Counted from the first letter of the stretch, positions 37,610 through 52,299 are shown. The stretch is 64,000 bases of DNA from Carcharhinus amblyrhynchos (GCA_965287045.1 OZ336883.1:41416001-41480000); one strand, 5' to 3'. Notes: a model not told the origin generated them from the sequence alone. Program-made: numbers and translations.

Positions 37610-37765
37610 CATACCAGCTGAGGTTATTCAGTAAGGCCCCGCCTTCTCAACCTTTCCCTTGCCTGAGGTGCGGTGACGCTCAGGTTAAATCATCACCAAT
37701 CAGCTTTCCCCCTCTCAGAAAGGGGAAGAGCAGCGTATGGTCCTCTGAGACATTAGTGACTTTTT
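37610..37765 (+). mobile_element. Short structured interspersed-repeat fragment (SINE/LINE-tail-like), class uncertain
   Basis: GC-rich patch in AT-rich DNA with stems CCTGAG/CTCAGG (37662-37667/37679-37684) and TTCCCC/GGGGAA, ending in a T-run. Confidence 0.45.
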
Positions 37766-40700
37766 TTTCACATTCATAAAATGCAAAGTCTTATCATTAC
37801 TGCCAGTTTACTTTTATCATATTGGGAAAATAAAAGGATAAACAGGTCACAATTTATGTCATGGGTAAAACAAAAGGGTAGAAGAGGGAAGTGGTTAGTT
37901 TCTGGTACCGAAGAGTTTGCTTAGAAGACATTTCAGTAACCACAGGTGTGTTATATTTTTTGAAAATATGGAAGTATTTCTGGTTATTGTCCATAGCTGT
38001 GGTTAAGCAAGGTGTTCGCAAAGAGGGAAAGGGAATGATTTGTAAATGGAATCAATCTTGAGCTCATATACTAATTGCAGTAGCTTCTCAAAAACGACAC
38101 TTGCAGAGAAAATTTAATCTTGTATCCAGAAGCACATGATGTACATCAGATTACTGAAGTTAGCAAACAAATGGCAATGGTACATTTTCTCATTTTTTTT
38201 GCTTTACCTGCAATGAAGTAGATGTAAAAAAAAATTGCTGTACAGCAACAAAAGACACTTTGTATAGAATAAGTTTACGAACTTAGCAAATATGAAGCAA
38301 CAGAATTTTCAAGAAGTGGAATTTAACCTGACCTGAAGGCAGCTGAGAGCTTGTGAAACTAATGTCTGAAAAATTTTCAGGCTACACTTGTGGACAAGCC
38401 AACCAAGCATGTTATTTTTAGTGTGGCTAACACATTGAGTGCCCTCTGAATTTGAAACCATTGCATTTGTTTCAAACAAATGTTTAGTTTAAAACCTGGA
38501 GCATGTTAACAATACTGAACACATTTTAGGATGAAATTAAATGATTTTTAATTTTGAATCTATTCAAATAAAGTTAACTTGGTTTATTTGGAAGGCATTT
38601 TAAAACATGAGTTTTAAATATGAATTGCATGTAATGTAAGAATTGTAGGTTTGCTGATCTTCACAATATTGCTGCCGCGTCATTTAAAATTTGTTAATTA
38701 CCTATTGTTGCCCGATACATTGGTCTCCATTTGCTGAAGGGATTTAAGAAAACATTTTGCAAGATTCAGCAGAAAGATTTTAGTTATTGAGCACACAACT
38801 TTTTATATCATGCAAAATATATAAACGTTTTATTTTTCTGAAAAGCTGAGTTACATGGAGGTGAATATATTTATATGGGTAGCGTTCTGTAAACTTATTA
38901 AGAACCTGTTTTCCTTTTATAAATTATCCAACTTGACTTGAGTCTGGATAGATAAGGAAATAGACTTTAAAAATGAAGCTTGCTATTCAGTTTATATAGA
39001 TTTTGTCTCATCAATCAGGTTTTTTTTGACACTAAACATTTAACTTGATAATGCCATTGCTTATAACAGGATACGTTCTGCAAGAAGAGTTGTCAAATGT
39101 ACAATACTCTTGCCAGAAGCTGAATGACATTTCCGTACAACACCAGTCCTGAATCTGCTAACTGGTTTTATTTTAGTGTATGAATGTTCCAAGAATGCCC
39201 AAATATTTCATGGAAGCAACCCAACAGTGAGCAAAACATTCCATTATATAATTGTTTATATTAAGCAAACACCATAGGATATGTAGGAAATTGATGCCTG
39301 AGTAAATATTGCCTGTTCAAACAAAAGTGCTGCTTAAAAGTGTATCCATTAACTGACATCTCCTGTGCTAAAAATGGCAACTGATGGACCTTGTTTCATG
39401 AATATTTCCCCTTTTGCTTTTTGTATCCATACATCATGTTGTTTCCGGTTAAGGGAGACAATTTTCTGGTAGCCACTGTTACTTCATACCCATCTGTTAT
39501 TAAGTGCAGAAGACAGCATAGGACAACCTATCTACTTATTTTCCTTTTCTAGTTTAGTAATAAAGCGATTCTAGTTTATGAATTATATAATTTTATATCT
39601 ACTGTTCGTTGAGTTGCTTGCAACAGCTGTATGTAACCATTCTGTTGTAATCCCTGCTGTGAATAAGATGCACTTGACTTCCATCTCTATATTATGGATT
39701 ATTTAAGAACAAGGAAACTCTGGGAGCAAGCAGCTTATTTCTGGTTTTGCTAACTGTCTCCACCTGTGTGTAGCTTTATTACAGCCTTTGGCATACTTTA
39801 CAAGGTGTATCTGGCCTAATCGTATGCTCTGCATTAAATCTGTGAAATTTTGATTCATTTGTGATATTTCCATACATACACAATTAGTTTTGTTATGGGT
39901 ATTTTAAATATTTATGATCGCTATACCAATGTTTACAATCCGATAATCTCGAGGATCTAGTTTCAACGTGACTAAAGAGGAGACCAATCATTGTGCAGTT
40001 TGTAGGCCTTTGATTCTTAAGACCTCACACCAATGGATTTTTATTAACTGAATTAAAACTAGGTTGCATTCCACTTCTGATTTGACTTAATTTCAAATTG
40101 TGAGTATTAAGGTGACATTTTCAAAAATGTATTGATAATGATGAAATTGCCTTTCTAATCGCTGGAATATTTTAAACGACAAAACAACTTTCTATTCTGC
40201 CAAGATGATGAAGTGGTGCTCAGACATGAGGCTGCGTTTTAACATGTGCTGTAGTGTTACAGAACAAAGTAGCAGGGATTGAAAAACAGTCGTTCACAAG
40301 TCTTTGTGCTGATTGAAACATTTTTGTTGTAGTTCTTACAATTTGTGCAAAACATTCACCAGTTTCTGCATGTATGTTAGGTTTTTCTCATTAATGACCC
40401 ATGTTTTGTTGCTGAACAAGTATATATTTTTATGTGTATGCAACAGAACTTGTTGCATGTTTTCCATAAGGGCAAAAAGCTCCTGATGTGATTGAAAACT
40501 CTGCGAGACAGTGAATGGAATGTGAAGGCATGTGGACACAGATGGAATTAACTATGCTTGACTGGTTACTGGACTAGACAGTCATGTGATGTAGCCTTCA
40601 TTCCCAGTGGCGTTCCTGAAGGAACAGTTGTTATTGGTGCATGTTACACGTCTGTGCTGCTGTAAGTCAGAGAAACAATCCTTTACTGTCATCAATCTCC

Positions 40701-43019
40701 TTTCACTGAGCAGAGATGAATGACTTCTTACAATTCCTGCATTGTACAGTAATTCACAAACACACATAGTAATCTATTCAGTTTTTTTTATTTCTAGGAG
40801 CTATTGCAATCAAGATTGCCATTAGTATGAGCCTGAGAGAGTTAGGATAACCTCATGCAGTAAAAATGATAGTGTAATAACTACTTCAAATGCTGATTTA
40901 AGTATGTGTGTATTGGAAATGAAAAGATTCATACTGGGGCAAAGCAATGGTCAATGAAAACTAAATATTTTTTCTTGTAGTTGGTTAAATTATAGCTTAC
41001 AATCTCTTACATTTTACTGATATACAACTTTACAGTTACAAAAATCATTTATGAAAATACATCCACATTTGTGAATTTATTTAAATCTTATATATTGGTA
41101 GAAGTTTAAAAACAAAATTACTCAGGAAATCTTGTAGGCATTAATATATTTTGGCTGTTTCTAGGTTGGTTTATTATTTTTTCTTAAGTAAGCACTTAAT
41201 TTATTGAACTGGTACATCTTTACTGAAAAGCTTTCTTTTGACAGAAATGCATTTTTCATGCCACATAAAGTGCAAGTAACTAAATACAAAGAAATAATAC
41301 TTTTAATTGAAAATCTTCAAGAAAGTTTTAGTAATTGGCCACACCCTTCCCTAATGGAATAAGAAGCTTATTCAAAGGTGCTCTTTATGTTCTGTTTATA
41401 GGTTATTTCTAGAAAGAATAAAACCAAATGATATGCCACATCAAAATGTGACAAATCCAGTAATGAGGATACTTACCATACATTTCGGAGCAATGTGGAT
41501 TTGGAAATTTTGATTTTTGTACAAGTAAAACAGAAAAAGGCTGTTTATTTGGATGATACACTATCCAATTGGAAGAATTATTCACAAATCATTTCACTGT
41601 TAATTGATGATTCTGAGGGCCTGTGCGCCTGCATAGTTACAGAGAAGAAACCGAATAGCAGCTCCTTTGTGACTGTAATGCTGCAAAGACTAAGTCTGTC
41701 GTTGCTTTATTTTTAGCTGCTCTATATTCTGGCAGCTGCTCTGCCTCTCATTTAAGTAGGCTTTTATTACTGTGGCATGTGAGTAGAATACCGCACAGTC
41801 TAAAAAAATTGATTATTCTACAGAATGATGCAGAGGAGCTTCGAGTGCAGGATGGTTGAGTGTTGAATTTCAAAGATAGCTTTGCTGAATTGGCACACAC
41901 ATTTAATGGCTGACCCTCCCTTGCTATTTTGTTTCTCTCAACACTAAATATATCATGTGGCAGTTGCAAATGGGTAGCTGGTTGGCAGAATGGTATACTG
42001 TTACGTTTGTTCAAGAGTTGGGCAATGCTGGTAGTTATACAACGCTTTTGAATGCCGTTGTGCATATAAAAAAAATCAGAATATACTTGTATTGCATAAT
42101 GAGGACTGCTCTCGGATTTAAAGAACAACTGCACATAATGGTAAAGAATGTCAGTGCAGTTAACTATAAACTGTACTGGCTGCCTGCACTGGCTACTGTG
42201 TTTGAATATTATCACCCAGAATTAATTCATAAAAATGTTGCTTTTACTTCTGCTACTGGGCAGTTTCTTTAAAAAGAATTACATGGAAATGCATGACCAT
42301 GGTTGTTTTTGCCTGATCTGGACTTGAGAGAGCACCAGCTAAAAATATCAGAGCATTTTTGCTGTATCATATACCAGCTGGGGAATCTAATCTGGGAAAG
42401 TGTGATTTAACTCCCTGGGGCTTATACATGGGAAACAGACTACTTCAGAGCTTTCATTTTAGTTGCCCTGTCCTGAAAACCTTGAAAAATTCAGCAACAG
42501 CCAGTAATGTAGGGCACTATTGCAAAAGTAATTTCTATAAATTTAGTATCTCCTCTGATCCATAATTTTGATGGAAAAGGAAATTTGGGGGAAGCAGTCT
42601 GAATGTCTTCAGTGCGGTTATTTCGGAGAATAGTTAAAGGGTTACTTGTTTCTTGGCATATTGGTTTACGTTGCTACAGTTGTACATGATATGTTGGTGG
42701 ATTTTGCTGAAGCATGCATTGTCTGTTGCCATACTGGGGTTTCATGCCTCAGAATTGTAGTCTTTGTGTTACAAAGAAACAATGAAAGGAATTGGATAAA
42801 AACACATCTGTGGGAACTTGCAGTCCCAGTGTAATTATTATTCTGGGTTGTATGTTCTGTGCTTTAACTCTTACTTTGACAAAAACCTGACTCAGATTTT
42901 GCAAAAGTATTTGCATTTAGTTTCATATTCCATTCTGTATGGTTGAATAGCTTTGATTTTATAGAAGTTATAAATGCAGCGAATTAAAGTTTATTTTTCA
43001 AAATCCTGATTTTCATATT

Positions 43020-45203
43020 GACCTGGATTTTGTGTTGGGAAGTAGGTGAGGCTCACAGCGATCTCTGTTTATTATGGAGTAAATCAGCCAACAGCTTCTG
43101 GATTACGTATCTGCACAGTGAAACATGAAAATCTGGGCACTGCACTCTGTCACCCTGTTGCTCTCCAGGTTGAGCTACGCCAGTGTTGTGCTGATAGACT
43201 CAGCATTGATGTTATATTAGTGTGGAAGTTGTTGTTCTTATCCACTTGTTACCAACTAAACACAGAAAAGTTAGGGCTGGTGCATTTATGTGAAAGTAAT
43301 TTTTTAACGAGCTGATAAGTCATAATTACTCAATTCTGATGGCACAGAATATATTTTCGTAATTGTGGAGTTATTTCTTCGTAATTTAGTGTTGGAGAAT
43401 TTTAATTTTTTAAAAAACTGCTTCCATCCTTTATCCCTCTTTATGCCCACCTTACTTGCACACTCTGTTTTGCTTTCTAAATCAGCATGTGAATTAGGAG
43501 CAAGAGTAGACCATCCAGCCCCTTGAGCCAGCCCCACCTTTCAATCAGATCATGACTGATCTGATTGTAACTTCAATCCCACATTCCTATCTACCCCTGA
43601 TAACCTTTCACCCCCCGCCTTGTTAATCGAGAATCTATCTAGCTCAGCGTTAAAAATATTCAAAGATTGCTTTCGCTGCCTTTTGATGAGGCAAGTTCCA
43701 GAGACTGATGGCCCTCTGAGGTAGAAATGTTTCTCCTCATCTTTGTCTTAAGTGAACAGCCCCTTATTTTAAAACAGTGATCCCTAGTTCTAGATTTTCT
43801 GATGAGTAAAAATCACCTTTCCACATCCACCCTGTAAATGCACCTCAGGCTGTTAAAGGTTTTGATCAAATTGCCTCTGACTCTTCTAAACTCTCGTGGA
43901 TACTTCCCTGCTGTTAGGCTTGTAAACCTTCTCTGAACAGCTAATACACTTACATTTTTCCTTAACTGAAGAGACCAATACTGTACACAATACTCCAGAT
44001 GTGGTTTTACCAATGCCCTATATACCTGGAGCATAACCGCCCTACTTTTGTAATCGATACCTTCGCAACAAATGAGAACATTCTATTGGCTTTCCTAAAT
44101 AGTTGCTGTATATATACACTAGTCTTTAGAGCTTCATGCGCTTATTGTCTAAATGGTAGGTGCAGAGGAATCCTCTGCACCCACCTTTTAGATAATAAGC
44201 TGCTTTTCTTATTCCTGCCAAAATGGACAATTTCACATTTGCCCACATTATACTCCATTTGCCAGAGTTTCACCCACTCACTTTACCTATGTCCTTTTGT
44301 AACTTCCTTACACCTTCACAGTTTACTTTCCTATTTGTCTTTGTGTCGTCAGCAAACATCCATATCTTCAGTTCTGACATCTAGGTCAGAAGGAGATCCA
44401 GTTATGCCAATCTTCTGTCTCCTGTTGGCTAGCCAATCTTCAGTCTAGGAAAATATGTTTCCTCCTATGCCATGAACTTTTATTTTACACAATAATCTAT
44501 GATGTGGCACCTTATCAAATGCCTTCTGGAAATCAAAGTATAATAAAATTTGCTGGTTCCTCTTTGGCATAAGTGGCTCCTTCAAAGAATTCCAATGAAT
44601 TGGTTAAAGATGATTTCTCTTTCACAAAACCATATTGACTACCTGACTATCTTGAATTTTTCCAAGTGCCATGCTATAACGTCTTTAATAATGGCTTCTA
44701 ACATTTTTCCTATGACAAATGTTAGACCAACTGGCCTGTAGTTTTCTTTTTTTCTGTCTCTCTTTGAGTTATATTTGCTGTCTTCCAATCTCATGAAACC
44801 TTGCCTGAGTTTTGGAAAATTAAAACCAATGCGTCAACTATTTTATTAGCTGCTTCTTTCAAAACTTTAAGCTGAAGTCCATGTGGACCCAGGGTATTTG
44901 TCAGCCTGCAGACGTATGGTTTAAATCCAATTAATATTTCTTGTTTTAAAGTCAAATAAAAAGTTTAACTCATTTAAAACCTATTCAGTCACACAGTTAA
45001 AATCCAGCTCCATGTTTCACCCTCAATCTGGTCAAAAAGCCTCTTTTTTTTTAACCTTGTCACATGGAGTGCGCTGTGTTCAAATCAGGTGCCCAATGAC
45101 AGGATGTTTCTGCTCAAAAACATACCAAAGTTTTTGTGGGCAGCTGCCAGTGTCGTGAATGGCGAGCACCATTCATTTGCTGCTGACTACAAAATCTGGC
45201 CAA
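43020..45203. mobile_element. TIR-type non-autonomous element split by a CR1 insertion
   Basis: Left end GACCTGGATTTTG and right end CAAAATCTGGCC (reverse complement GGCCAGATTTTG). The left part matches 22920-23330. Confidence 0.55.
43485..44910 (-). mobile_element. CR1 LINE ORF2 3' half, degenerate
   Basis: Minus-strand DFQKAFDKVP (~44506-44534), FADD (~44347-44357) and YRALVKPHLEYCVQYWS, with a reverse CR1 tail at ~43490-43560. Confidence 0.9.
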
Positions 45204-48200
45204 TGCAAGCATGGGGTTGAAATTTAAACTTCTTGAGTAACAGCCAAGTAGAACCTTACATTAATTATATCACCATATAAACTTAATTTATTACTTAAGT
45301 AGTGAGTGTGGCTAAAAATAGCAATGAGACAACAAAAGTAATTTTCAAGTCAGTGTAGAGCATTTTGCTTCATTCATATTTATGTATTATGTTACTAATA
45401 GAGCACCTCAGATGCAGCTACATAAAAATCAAGTGTGTCCGAAAATCAGACATATTTTCCCACACCCCAGCGAACCTTGGCCTCACCAGACCCAGCTTGG
45501 AAAAGCTTGAGGGAATTGCCTAGCACTGATCAACTTCATGTGCCTGACATTTCCTGCACTCCAGCTTATTTTGATCCAGCCCAGCTCGGAGAAGTTTGAG
45601 GAGTTACTGAGTACTGATCAACTTGTGTCTGATGCTCCAGTGAACCTTGTCCCCACCCAACCCAGTGTAGATGTGGTTGAACACACCCAGGAAGAAAAAA
45701 AGATTCATACAGAATCCAGTGAGATAGAATATTTCATCGTGTGTTGTGCTTGGCATCAGGATATGAGTTGTCTTGTTACAATACAGGGTATCTGTATTGT
45801 GTTTTGATGCCATTAAGGCCACCCAAATAGAAGCCCAAGGGCTTAAATTCAAACATTGCGTTTGAATCCCAAAAGCCTCAAGTTCCATGGGCTCTGATTG
45901 CCTTCTTGCAGCTGGCCCAAGTCAGTTCAAAGAGAGTTATTAAAGATTATGGCACAATCTTGCATGAACAAAAAGCAAATAGTTTTCAGTTATAACTACA
46001 GGGTATTTTTAACATTTTTTTGATTGATCTTTTCTCATTTTAAACAGGTGTACTGATGTAGGGAGGTGGGGGAGGCGTGAAAGAGTTATTAAATCCAATG
46101 CATGAGAAGTGAATTAATGTCAGCAGTGACATGCTTATTAACCCAAACTATCGTGCAATGATGATCAGCTGGTTTTTCTGTGTCCCCTTTTCACTGAATT
46201 AAGGTATTCTGATTTGAATTAATGGATTCTGATTTTTTTTTTAATGTAGGCCAACATGTACCGAAATCTGGCACAGTTTTGGTCCTGAGATTGCCAGATT
46301 TGAAGTGCTCTATCTCATAAAATGTAAGCTGGGAATGAGAATCAGAAGAAAATGAACAACTTGTTTTGCTGTTGACACTTACTCCTAGTTGCAGTGTTAA
46401 GCAGGCAGTGGGTGACCCTTGGTCATTTGACTCTTCGAAGATGTCAATCCTTGGCACGTATTCTGCAGTTATAAGTTGACTTTCCAGGAAAGGCCTGGTG
46501 GTTTGGGCTGTGGAGCTTTGGGCCCAGCCAGATCATCACAAACCTAGTTCAAATTTGACAAATTCTAGCCTTGATTTCTTTGTGAACCTCAGGTCATGTC
46601 AGTAAATCATGGAACAACAGGAATAGGACGCACAAAGATGTTGGCATCTGAGCATATTATTTGCTAGCTCAAGGAGGAAGTGCAGCATTAAACAACAAGA
46701 GTGGGCCAGTGTAGATGTTCAAGCACACACAAAGTAAGTTTGAATTGTTGGATGCATGCATCCAGAGGCCTTTTTTTTTGCATTGTTTTCATAGTTGTCC
46801 TTGTTTGCTGCCAGTGATCCAGCTTGGTAACACATCTCATTATGCACAAGCACAAAACAAAAAAGCTGCCTACAGATAGTTGTATATGTGCTGCCATCTG
46901 GGGTATTTAGTTAGCAGCAATTTTCAGAGAGATAAATACTTTGTTATTTTTGAAGATTGCTCATAGAGGTCAGATTACGCAATTGGTTGACAAATGTTTT
47001 GAGTTTGGATTCAATGTTGATTCAATCAAAAGAGGATGCTTGAAATTTAGTGAACGCCGGAACATGAACATGAGTGAATTCAGCAGTGCAGTTCTGATGC
47101 CAGAAAAATTAGTATTCCAATAGCTTACATAGTGAGAATTCTGCGAGGGAGCTTGGCTTGAGGCCAAGGAAACAGAAGATGGTGAATTTAATTTGCTATT
47201 CCAGTAAGGAAAATCAAAGAGTTTTTGTCATTGGGGAAGGATTTGTCTTTCAAATTTTCTACCTTGCCTTGTTTCTTAAATTCTGATTTCCACATCTCCC
47301 CACCCCACCCACCCAAACAGAATCACCAAAATAGCTGAAGGGACGATGTCAGGTTCTTCATGACAGAAATCTAATTTATCCAACCGTAAAGCAGAGGGGA
47401 AAACAGTGAAATAAAATGAAGGAAAAATTAACAGTTAAATCAACAATTGTGCAACAATATAGGGAAAAATATCTGCTAGGAACTCAAAAATGAAATATAC
47501 CTATCCATTCTCTGAACATTGGACAAATAAAATATGTATTGGCTTCTTATTTTCATTTGAGATTCCTGGTTGCATTAGGTACTTGGGTGGATTGGAATCC
47601 ACCTGGAAGTGACATTGAGCAACTAATCTAGAAGAATGATGTCTTAGGAAGTACGCAAACACACACATGAATACCTGTTTCAAGTTCAAAGATGCATTTT
47701 ATTCCTGATAATTTTACTGCAAAGCCCTAGAATATCAGCATCATCTTTACTGAATCACCATCATCAAATTAAAAGAATGTGTTTATTTTGTCATTCATGT
47801 TCTACCCAGCAGTAAATATTGCTGAAATAGTTTGCATAATTTTTCCCACTTAATAAATAAATGGGTAGAAAATTAAGGTGACAAATTCAAAACCCAAGTC
47901 TTACCCAGAGGGGTAAGCATATTTTGGAACAATCTGAAATATATTTGTCTTTAAATAATCTGTCACTTTTTACTAAAATGCAGGATTAAAGCTTGTGTGA
48001 TTTACCAATTCATTATTTTGCTTTGTCAATTGTATAAATCCTGATCAAAATGCTGCATTTTTTCACATGGGTTATTTATGGTTCAGGCTTCAGCCATGTT
48101 TAAATGGAATCTTAATTAAGAAGGCTGTATTATTGCTAAACCTGTCAATGATGCGACACAAAATTAATGATGGGGCTCAGATTCCCCCACTTCCTCTACT

Positions 48201-49074
48201 CTCTGTCAACCTCCCCACTAACTAATTTCTTACACTATTACTGGTTAGTACTTGAATGTACAAAATAAAACAGCTGTTGTACTAATGGAAAATAGTTTTC
48301 AGGTAAACAAGTAAAGGAAGCTCAATGCCTCACTGAAATAAAATTTGGTTTCCTTGTGAGGCTGAAACTGTTGATACATTAGTTAGATTCATGCATTGGA
48401 GGTATAGAAACATTTTATGGAAAGACCTTGGATTTCTGCTGCTTGTGCTGGCTGTATGATGAGGTTGACCAAAAATACTTTGGTTTTATAGCATTAATAA
48501 AAGCATCACAGACTAAACTGCTGTGGCAATCTTCTATCCGTTGTGGAAAATATTTTCAAAATTACTTCTAATGTAAATATTATTGAACTAAGTTTTGGAC
48601 TTGCCGCAAAGTCTCTTCATCTGTGTGTCTGCTAGCTTAAAAATCCTTGTAGATAAATGTCAAGGGAAATCAGCCTTTATATTTGTATTGAAAAGTGTGT
48701 TTTATACAGCTGTATCCCATTTTAAGTAGTTCCAAGGAAAGTTTTGTTGTAATATAGTTCAAAAGTTGTTACTGATTTAATAATTTTAAATGACTTGCCC
48801 TGTTGTAATGTATTTTACCAAAGTTTCAAGGTAGTCAGGTCATTTAGGAATTCAGAATACCCTGACCAAGTCAAGATAAGAAAGGAAATGAAAAATTCAG
48901 AAGCTTGAAATCTGAAGTAAAAACAAAATCCAGAACAGCCAGCTGTCTTACTAAAATAATCAAAGCAAAAATAAATCTCAACATGGGGAGGAGCACAAGA
49001 CCAATCCAGGGATAGAAATGACTCTTCGGTGGTTAGGCAGAGACCAAATTAAAATATAGTAAACTACTTCCAGC

Positions 49075-49256
49075 AATGCATTCACTGTTGCTGGGTCAAA
49101 TTCCTGGAACTCCCTTCCTTGCTGTATTGTGGGTATATTTACAACACATGGACTGCAGTGTTTCAAGAAGGCAGTTCACCGCCACTTTCTTGAGGTCAAA
49201 AAGAGATGGGCAATAAATGCTGGTCTAGCCAGTGGTCTCATGAATGAACTAAAAAA
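49075..49256 (+). mobile_element. L2-type LINE 3' tail
   Basis: TTCACTGTTGCTGGGTCAAATTCCTGGAACTCCCTTCC...GATGGGCAATAAATGCTGG...ATGAATGAACTAAAAAAA. The tail is shared with the SINE at 57171. Confidence 0.7.
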
Positions 49257-52200
49257 ATACTCTTGAAGATGCTCACTGTTTTGCACTGATGGTTTATCTT
49301 CCCCCTTTCCTGGATGGTTGATGTGGTCTGGCTTAACGTGGTGCGTAGTTTAAACTTGGAGCCAAGCGGGAGTTATGCTCATGTCCTGGAGAGGAGAGTT
49401 AAATGTGTCCTATCTGAGCCAGAGATGAGGTTGGAGATGGAGAGTGGAGCGGAGCCTGTGACTCTGTGCAGACTTACGTGAAGGAGAGAGAGAGCAAGCA
49501 GGTAGCCCTTACATGAGATGGAATGGCTGGATCGGCTGTGATGGGAAAAGGAGCAGTGGTTGCATATCTCCCCAATCCCCCACCTTCCCATTCTTCAATC
49601 CCTCGTTCAGTAACCCCCATGCTCTCTCATAGCTACCCCTCTCAACCCAACCTCTAACGGCTCTGAATCTTCCCCTCCCACTCCTGGGCTCGGAATCTTT
49701 CCCAGTCTCCTGTCCCACACTCTCCAATCTCCCATTTCCCTTCTGGTGATCCTGAAACTCCCACAAGGTTCAGCAAATTCATTCACCCACTCTTTAAAGC
49801 AAAATGTTACTCTTTGGAAGGGAGCCCTCTGTCTCTGACCTCCCAGTAAGTCCTTCCCACCTCATTGATGGTGTTTTAATTGTTTTTCTGAATTGCAAGT
49901 GCCTTCTGTTGTGTCTGTTCTTCGGCCTATAAAATGATGTATTTCATTTACAGGGCCAAAAATCTTGGGTTGGGCACAAATCTTCTGAAATTACATCCAT
50001 TTAAATAGGGAAAGCTGCTTCAATATAAATGGCTTTGCTTTAAATAGTTGTTTCCAGGAATGTGTCGACTTAAAACAAGGTATTTCTGTACTGACCTTTT
50101 GTAACAAATGTCAAACAGATACCCCAAAGGAGGTATACGAGCTTCGGCTTCCAGCCCTCTGCAGTTGCTTTGTGCCATCTCAACTGGGTGTGTTCCAAAC
50201 TTGCATAGACGACAAAGGCAACCACAATTTAAGACTAACTAGAGAGCTGCCAAAACAACAAAACCCTCAGTAATTATGCTACTTTCTGTGAAATTTCCGT
50301 GCCCAGACTGTAACACGGATTTCAAGGGTCACACAATTCCTGAGTGGTTTATGGGTCAGTAAGTCATGACCACCTATTGTTTTCAAAGGAAATTCTCATG
50401 GATACTTGCCTTTGGTGACATCAAGGAATGGTTTTGCAGGAAGAGGAGGTCTGGATTTGTCTGTCTCCCAGTGGTATTGCGATTGATAGTTACAATAAGG
50501 CCTATCAAGACTTTTGTATGACATTTTTCAGTATTAAGTTCGTGTCCTCCTTCATCTTAAATTAAAATTACTTACCACAACCTATCTTCCTAATTAACTT
50601 TAAATTGTGAATTTATCACTTACGAAATTCTAAATTCCTAAATCAGTATTGCTAGTCTCACTGATTTAAGGTTAGGCAGATATAAGTAAGCTATTATTCA
50701 TGTAAAGTTATTTGGATTATTATGGTAAACCAGTGATGATGTGTACATTTAACATGGTTAGAGAGACCTTGATATAAGTTTTTATTTGTTCATGGGATGT
50801 GGACATTTCTATAAAAAGCCTAAAATGATGTATTGAATGATTCTTGCCCATTGAAGGGGTCCTCATGAAATGAATTTGATTAGTCTTCCCCCTTATTCCA
50901 AGGGAATGCGGACCTGCACGATTTAGCTGCCATATATTTGGACTCATAAGTAGCATGAGGAGAATTGATGTAAGAAATAGACAATGCCAATTGGTACACT
51001 GAGGAGTGCTCCTCTGAGTTTGATAAGGTAGTGATAGGAAAGAGTACGTTTACTTGACCATGTTCCGAACGGTGATACATTTAGCCTAGAAGTGCTTTAT
51101 GCTAATTTCACATGTTCAAAATGGAAAAATAAGTTCTATCCCTAAGACAGGCAATCTCTATTTGATGTGGATAAAAAAGTTAGCCATAACTGTTTTTGAT
51201 GTGCATAAACATTGAGTAATTTTGCTCAAAATTTAAGATGCAAGTTTTATTGTGAAATACATTGGTTCATTGTGACACCATTTATTTTCAAAAAACTTGA
51301 AATAGACACTTCTTGTACCAAAATATCCCTTGGGGTGGTCCTTTTTTGAATAATTATAATAGGCCCTGAGATATTCTTTCTTGGCTTTGAAATGTCTGTC
51401 GGATACTACAAGTGTTTGTACACATCTGGTGTCTGGCAGGATGTTACAATTGCCAAATAGCTTAAATTGTTTTCAAAAGAAGCCCAGCCAGGAAATGGTT
51501 AATTGCTACTTGCAGCAAATGGAATGTAACCAGAGATTCACCACTCCATTTGGATCTATCCACAATTGAAAATTGCTGGTGTGTTAAGCGTTAAATGCTG
51601 AGAACAATGTTTTGAGTGTGATAAATGGTGCTGTTGAAAATGATCATAAAGGAGTACGCTGCTCCAGCCTTTGGCACTGAGAAATTAAGAATGACAATTT
51701 ATTTTTAACCGTCTTCAATGTCCTTTTCTTGATGTATCTGCTACTGTCCTCCACCAGTTTTCACATTCTAATAGCTTTAATTTTGTAGCTATCTTTTGTC
51801 TAGATTTCTGTGTTGAAAGCACACAAAAGTAAATGTAACGGAATTGACTCCTGTATCACTGAATGCGTTGTTGCTTCTGGCAACCAGTCTTTCGGACGGG
51901 ATTGATTTTATCCAGGAATGCAAGGGCACTAGATAATTAACTTCTCATGTACCAAAGTTTGTTTTGAACTGTGCTACTGAAAGTACCATTTAACACTACT
52001 GTATTTATTTTCTTATATAACTTACTGTTTCTAATAATTGTACACCATAGAGCATGAAGTAAATAGGAGTATCATTCTCCATTGGAAGGTACAAATACAA
52101 GAGGGAGTTGTTTCCATTTGCATTAGTTGCAGCTTTATGGTACAACATTTACAGACAACGATGTCAGAAATCTCTTTCAATGCCCTGGGCTTCTTGATTA

Positions 52201-52299
52201 AAATGTGTGCAATCTAAAGCATTCCATTAAGGCAGATAAATTGTTCAGGCCTAACGCCATATTCCCTGGCCTCCTTTGTTTGCAGCTTTTCTTTATTTG

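Noticed and set aside
35334-41477. Perfect minus-strand donors (GATACTTACC at ~35335 and ~41468) as exons of a neighbouring gene
   Set aside because: I could not find matching acceptors or a coding frame resembling any syntenic gene.
41600-42272. ORFs 41748-42215 (-) and 41955-42272 (+), and a MEF2-like TTATTTTTAG at 41707-41716
   Set aside because: No recognisable protein similarity or exon structure, and the motif is too common in AT-rich DNA to call.
50289-50324. Small imperfect hairpin TGAAATTTCCGTG...CACGGATTTCA
   Set aside because: Short, bulged and compatible with chance.
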